Source of the DNA: Candidatus Thorarchaeota archaeon
GTDB taxonomy: Archaea; Asgardarchaeota; Thorarchaeia; Thorarchaeales; Thorarchaeaceae
DNA length: 20,152 bases
Reading direction: 5' to 3'
Assembly: GCA_046758445.1 (NCBI GenBank)
Contig: JBHIAE010000052.1
Coordinates: forward strand, 1-20,152
The notes below the pieces were generated by a model, which saw only the letters and a program-made list of their open reading frames with translations, was not told where the DNA came from and did not search any database. The translations under genes and the position numbers were made by a program. Within the stretch, counting starts at the first letter, position 1; each line of letters opens with the position of its first letter. Of this stretch, positions 16,427 to 20,152 are shown in pieces.

Positions 16427-17938
16427 TTAAGCTCGGTCTGGAGTAGGATTTGGGAACCATGCTCGAAACATAGCACCCTGCTCTGGTTCTCCATATACTC
16501 TGTCATGCAAACTGAGTCTTCCCCCATATTTGGACAGTATCTGTTTTGCTTGGTGAATACCAACTCCACCATATCTGCGGGTTGGGTCGAGTAAGCTAAT
16601 TTTCCTATCATTTGGGATACCTGGACCGTTGTCTGCAATTGTAACCTCATATCCCCCAGCCACTTTCACCAACTCCACCCAGATTTGTTTGTTCATTCTA
16701 TTATTATGAATGACTGCATTTTCTAAGAGGTTCGTGAGCAGAATCTCCAAATACTGGTCAGCTATGACAATTTCTCGGTGAACATCGCATTTCATAAAAA
16801 CCTGAACATCAGGGAATTCATTTCTTAGGACTTCCAACGATTCCTTCAGAGCAACTTCTAAGGACCTCTCGAAGAACGGTGCAGAATACAAGCCACGAGT
16901 AGCCTGAATCTTCCTGATTACTTCTTTAGAACTGTGTACAGACTCAACTATAAGACCAAAGACAGGGTCAATTTCAGGACCTAAATCAAAGTGTCCAAGT
17001 ATCTCTGTCCCCAAGACAATTGCTTGTAGATGGTTTCGTATATCGTGACTTATGAGGTCCAAATAAAAAATCGCTTGCTCGCCAGCAACCGTTGCTGCTC
17101 TTTCTGCGTTCTTGCGTTCAGTGATGTCCTCTATGGCAAGAAGAATCATCTGTGTCTTGTTCTTTTCCCTGTAGATCCTTCTTGCGTTCAGCAGCATGAA
17201 CTTTGCACCGATGTTCTCGAAGACATGCTCCATCTCGAAGTCACGCATCTCAGTGTTCAATGGCAGGATCTCCTCGAGAAGCGCTCTGAGCCGAGGGATG
17301 TCCCACTGTCTTTCCCCAAGGTCGTAGAGTGATTTTCCCTCGGTCTCCTCCTTAGTCATATTGAAGCTCTGATAGAACGAGCGATTGGCTGAGATCACCC
17401 TGATGTCTGCATCCATGACAAGAAGGGGCTCTCGGATTGTTTCCACGATGGCTTCGGCATACTCTCTTGCGGCCCGCTCCTCTCTTTCTGCGTTCTTGCG
17501 TTCAGTGATGTCCTCTATGGCAAGAAGAATCATCTGTGTCTTGTTCTTTTCCCTGTAGATCCTTCTTGCGTTCAGCAGCATGAACTTTGCACCGATGTTC
17601 TCGAAGACATGCTCCATCTCGAAGTCACGCATCTCAGTGTTCAATGGCAGGATCTCCTCGAGAAGCGCTCTGAGCCGAGGGATGTCCCACTGTCTTTCCC
17701 CAAGGTCGTAGAGTGATTTTCCCTCGGTCTCCTCCTTAGTCATATTGAAGCTCTGATAGAACGAGCGATTGGCTGAGATCACCCTGATGTCTGCATCCAT
17801 GACAAGAAGGGGCTCTCGGATTGTTTCCGCGATGGCTTCGGCATATTCTTCCCTCAATATATTCAAACCTTTAGTTATATGTTGAAAGCTCCTCTGTAAA
17901 TTATTCTGATGACTTATTTGTTTTTTTATCCAAACCAT
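16427..17938 (-). CDS. Cytoplasmic PAS-PAS sensor histidine kinase
   Basis: Two PAS domains (ETIREPLLVMD...ANRSFY...IEDITERK), H-box LISHDIRNHLQ, N-box NLLENAVIHN, G1 DNGPGI and G2 GGVGI. Confidence 0.92.
   Translation of the reverse strand: MVWIKKQISHQNNLQRSFQHITKGLNILREEYAEAIAETIREPLLVMDADIRVISANRSFYQSFNMTKEETEGKSLYDLGERQWDIPRLRALLEEILPLNTEMRDFEMEHVFENIGAKFMLLNARRIYREKNKTQMILLAIEDITERKNAEREERAAREYAEAIVETIREPLLVMDADIRVISANRSFYQSFNMTKEETEGKSLYDLGERQWDIPRLRALLEEILPLNTEMRDFEMEHVFENIGAKFMLLNARRIYREKNKTQMILLAIEDITERKNAERAATVAGEQAIFYLDLISHDIRNHLQAIVLGTEILGHFDLGPEIDPVFGLIVESVHSSKEVIRKIQATRGLYSAPFFERSLEVALKESLEVLRNEFPDVQVFMKCDVHREIVIADQYLEILLTNLLENAVIHNNRMNKQIWVELVKVAGGYEVTIADNGPGIPNDRKISLLDPTRRYGGVGIHQAKQILSKYGGRLSLHDRVYGEPEQGAMFRAWFPNPTPDRA
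17098..17845. repeat. Tandem duplication of PAS-coding DNA (2 x 364 bp, period 384 bp)
   Basis: 17098-17461 vs 17482-17845; by eye the only mismatch is 17445 A vs 17829 G (Val vs Ala). Confidence 0.95.
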
Positions 17939-18239
17939 CTTCCCTACTTCAATTCAGCCAAAGGATAGCAAAGAGGTTCTGTTTGGAATAGACAGTCCAA
18001 GAGAATGTCATTGGGATAAGCCAACATATGTATGATTCAAAGAAGGGGCCTTGAGCGTTTACCTCTTTCTTTCTTTGATTCATTATTTCACACGCTAGAG
18101 AAACTTGGGAATAACTGTCAGAAGTAAATGACTAATGCCGAAAAGGCAGTGATTTGTAAACTACATTTAATGTTTCAAAAAAAGGTTCCCGGTTAGAAAC
18201 AGATTCATTCCAGTGTACTGCCTTAAAGAGGGTTAATAA

Positions 18240-18266
18240 CCAAAAGTTAGGGTTTGAAGGGTTAAC
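18240..18266. repeat. Putative attR
   Basis: CCAAAAGTTAGGGTT arm, TGAAGGGTT, then AAC. Lies where the AT-rich tract gives way to host-like composition. Confidence 0.6.
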
Positions 18267-18310
18267 TTGGTAGCCATCCAGAAGGTACCTACTTGGGTCG
18301 AAGGACAAGT

Positions 18311-19591
18311 TCAGCGAATTGGAATGGAGATGCGAAATAGATCTTGGCCTGTGTCCGAATCAACAGTAAGTTCAATCGTGCCTCCGTACGACTCTACGAT
18401 TCTATATGAGAGATACAACCCAAGTCCTTTACCTTCGCCGCCACTGCTGACACCCTTTTGAAAGATGCGTGGTCTGACAGACTCAGGTATGCCGGGACCT
18501 GTGTCTCTGTACTCGATTTCTAGGGTATCCTCTTTCATCCAAACGCAGACTTTGGCAACAGAGTCTAGTCCTGCATACTCTGCAGTATTCCTCAATAGAT
18601 TCTCGATGACCAACGGGAGTAGAATCCCTACTCTAATCCTGGAAGACACAACACTTGGCCAAACTTTCACCTCGACCTTCATCCCTTTGAATACCTTTTC
18701 GGTATTCGCGGCGATTTCATTGAGTGTGAGGAGAAAGTCATACTCTCTTTGTCGTCCGACCGACGCAAATAGTTTGATGACACTTCCCATCCTGTCACTG
18801 ACAGCCAGAGCTGTTTCGATATTCTGTTGGTGTTTGGCATCCACATCTTCCAAGACATCAAGAAGTTCGACAGACCCCCTAAGGATTTGCATGTCGTTTC
18901 CCAGGTCATGAGTAAGAACTGATGTGTGCACTTCTAGCTCCCTTTGCCGTTGTTCTAGGTCTTCTTGACGATATCTCAATTGGGTCACATAGTAGTTCGT
19001 GATCCAAGTGAAGAGCAAGACAACGATGGAGAGAGCAGCTTGGTCGAAGATGGGCTCAAGGGCCACAATGAATTCTATGCCCTGATGTAGGTATGTATAG
19101 ACTAGGAGCAAGGATGCTTCGACTGCGATGAAACAGCCCATTTGTCGAGTAGTCAGCCATTGGCTTCCAATCAAGGCAGCAACAAGAGGCCAGATTAGAA
19201 TGTTGAACACAATTCTGGTTGGTGCCCATTGTTGGCTATATGATAGGAATAGAAATGGCATCGAAGCCAAACCGAGCGTTGTAAAGATCCCTGCAAGAAG
19301 TACATGTCTCGTTCGACTAAGGGAGTAGATTCCAACTGAAAGAAGCATCAAAGCCAAGTAGACAGGTTGTCCATCCACTGCACTTCCGAGTAACAGTTGA
19401 AGGAAGGGAAGGATGAGTATCAACAGAATGAGCACGGCAGAAAGGAATCTCGCCTTCACCCTAAGTGTATCATCCGTGATATCATCTGAAGGCCGGGTGA
19501 GGATTTGATCTACCCTTCGAACCATGCTTGCTGGGTTATCTCCCAATTGCGAATCATGTGGATTCTCGCTATCCATTATGACATCTTCCAT
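18311..19591 (-). CDS. Membrane-bound sensor histidine kinase (multi-TM input domain)
   Basis: About 6-7 TM helices, coiled coil, H-box LTHDLGNDMQ, N-box ENLLRNTAEY, G1 DTGPGI, F-box IFQKG and G2 GKGLGLY. Confidence 0.92.
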   Translation of the reverse strand: MEDVIMDSENPHDSQLGDNPASMVRRVDQILTRPSDDITDDTLRVKARFLSAVLILLILILPFLQLLLGSAVDGQPVYLALMLLSVGIYSLSRTRHVLLAGIFTTLGLASMPFLFLSYSQQWAPTRIVFNILIWPLVAALIGSQWLTTRQMGCFIAVEASLLLVYTYLHQGIEFIVALEPIFDQAALSIVVLLFTWITNYYVTQLRYRQEDLEQRQRELEVHTSVLTHDLGNDMQILRGSVELLDVLEDVDAKHQQNIETALAVSDRMGSVIKLFASVGRQREYDFLLTLNEIAANTEKVFKGMKVEVKVWPSVVSSRIRVGILLPLVIENLLRNTAEYAGLDSVAKVCVWMKEDTLEIEYRDTGPGIPESVRPRIFQKGVSSGGEGKGLGLYLSYRIVESYGGTIELTVDSDTGQDLFRISIPIR

Positions 19592-19725
19592 TCTACTTGG
19601 ACCAGAATCCTGCTCTAGGTTGAGTCTAAGTCCGTCGACTGTGTTATATTCATTCCTCGGCTAGAGTCAATCAGTTGGAAGGCTTTATACCTCGGGAACC
19701 ATGTGGGTTGGCCGGGGAATGATTC

Positions 19726-20152
19726 ATGGTATTAGATGTCGTAGAGCTCCGGAAGAACTTCGATGGTCCCCATCACTTACTCGTTGCATCTGACGGCCTG
19801 ACTCTGTTCATGTGGAAATGGGAACCACGTACAGAGCATTCAAGGAAATCGGCCCTGTTACTCCTGCATGGACTTACCGCATATTGTGGAGCCTATTCCA
19901 TGATGACCGAGCCGCTTGCAGAACGTGGCTTCACTATCTATGGTCTAGACCTCAGGGGGCACGGACTGTCAGATGGGAATAGAGGTGACTGTCCCAGCAA
20001 AGAACGACTTGTTAAGGACATCTGCGAAGCCATAGACTTCGTGAAAGAACGACATGAGACCGTAGTCTTGCTGGCTCACAGTCTGGGTGTGCTATCGTCC
20101 ATATATGCCATGAATCATTGCCTACAGAACCTGGGCGGGGCCATTCTCCTGA
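19726..20152 (+). CDS. Alpha/beta hydrolase (lysophospholipase/monoglyceride lipase-like), 3' end beyond window
   Basis: Not in the ORF track. Manual translation: MVLDVVELRK...LLLHG...DLRGHGLSDG.RG...LLAHSLG (nucleophile elbow). Open to the window end. Confidence 0.9.
   Translation, partial: MVLDVVELRKNFDGPHHLLVASDGLTLFMWKWEPRTEHSRKSALLLLHGLTAYCGAYSMMTEPLAERGFTIYGLDLRGHGLSDGNRGDCPSKERLVKDICEAIDFVKERHETVVLLAHSLGVLSSIYAMNHCLQNLGGAILL

Larger units (their letters stand above)
10014..18266. mobile_element. Integrated tyrosine-recombinase element (~8.25 kb; provirus remnant, satellite or integrative element)
   Basis: Recombinase at the left edge. GGTTAAC direct repeat at 10014-10020 and 18260-18266, within a 14/19 match. 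Inverted arms at 10018-10032 and 18240-18254. Visibly lower GC and orphan genes inside. Flanked by convergent host genes. Confidence 0.75.

Noticed and set aside
16380-16430. Alternative right boundary of the element before the PAS kinase
   Set aside because: No match to the left-end sequence was seen here, and low GC continues to about 18260 where the repeats are found.
17098-17845. CRISPR array or DGR template/variable repeat pair
   Set aside because: Only two long in-frame coding copies with one mismatch; no spacers and no reverse transcriptase or cas gene in the window.

Overview
Archaeal chromosomal window. It is most likely Asgard (Thorarchaeota-like), inferred from leaderless TATA promoters, a double-HTH AsnC regulator, a NosD-type surface protein and the style of the histidine kinases. 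Bases 1-9982 are ordinary host genes: a SAM methyltransferase, a TrmO/TsaA homolog, DinB, an AsnC/Lrp regulator, two paralogous membrane proteins, a beta-helix surface protein, and a TIGR04076-like/ferredoxin/aldehyde:ferredoxin oxidoreductase operon. From about 10014 to 18266 there is an ~8.25 kb, more AT-rich integrated element. It sits between two convergent host genes rather than in a tRNA, and is bounded by a GGTTAAC direct repeat and imperfect inverted arms. It encodes a tyrosine recombinase with a non-canonical active site (Asp at the first catalytic Arg position, YxxR instead of HxxR). It also carries an OB-fold-like orphan, a very basic Arg-tailed protein, and a minus-strand run of orphan genes: wHTH, beta protein, 88-aa protein, Zn-finger/coiled-coil protein, Pro-rich protein, Arg/Ser-rich protein and a small all-beta protein. 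A cargo histidine kinase in the element has a near-perfect tandem PAS duplication. Three element genes are missed or truncated by the ORF track because of single lesions (two frameshifts, one in-frame TGA). No recognisable capsid, terminase, Rep or conjugation gene was seen. Host genes resume with a membrane histidine kinase and a partial alpha/beta hydrolase.
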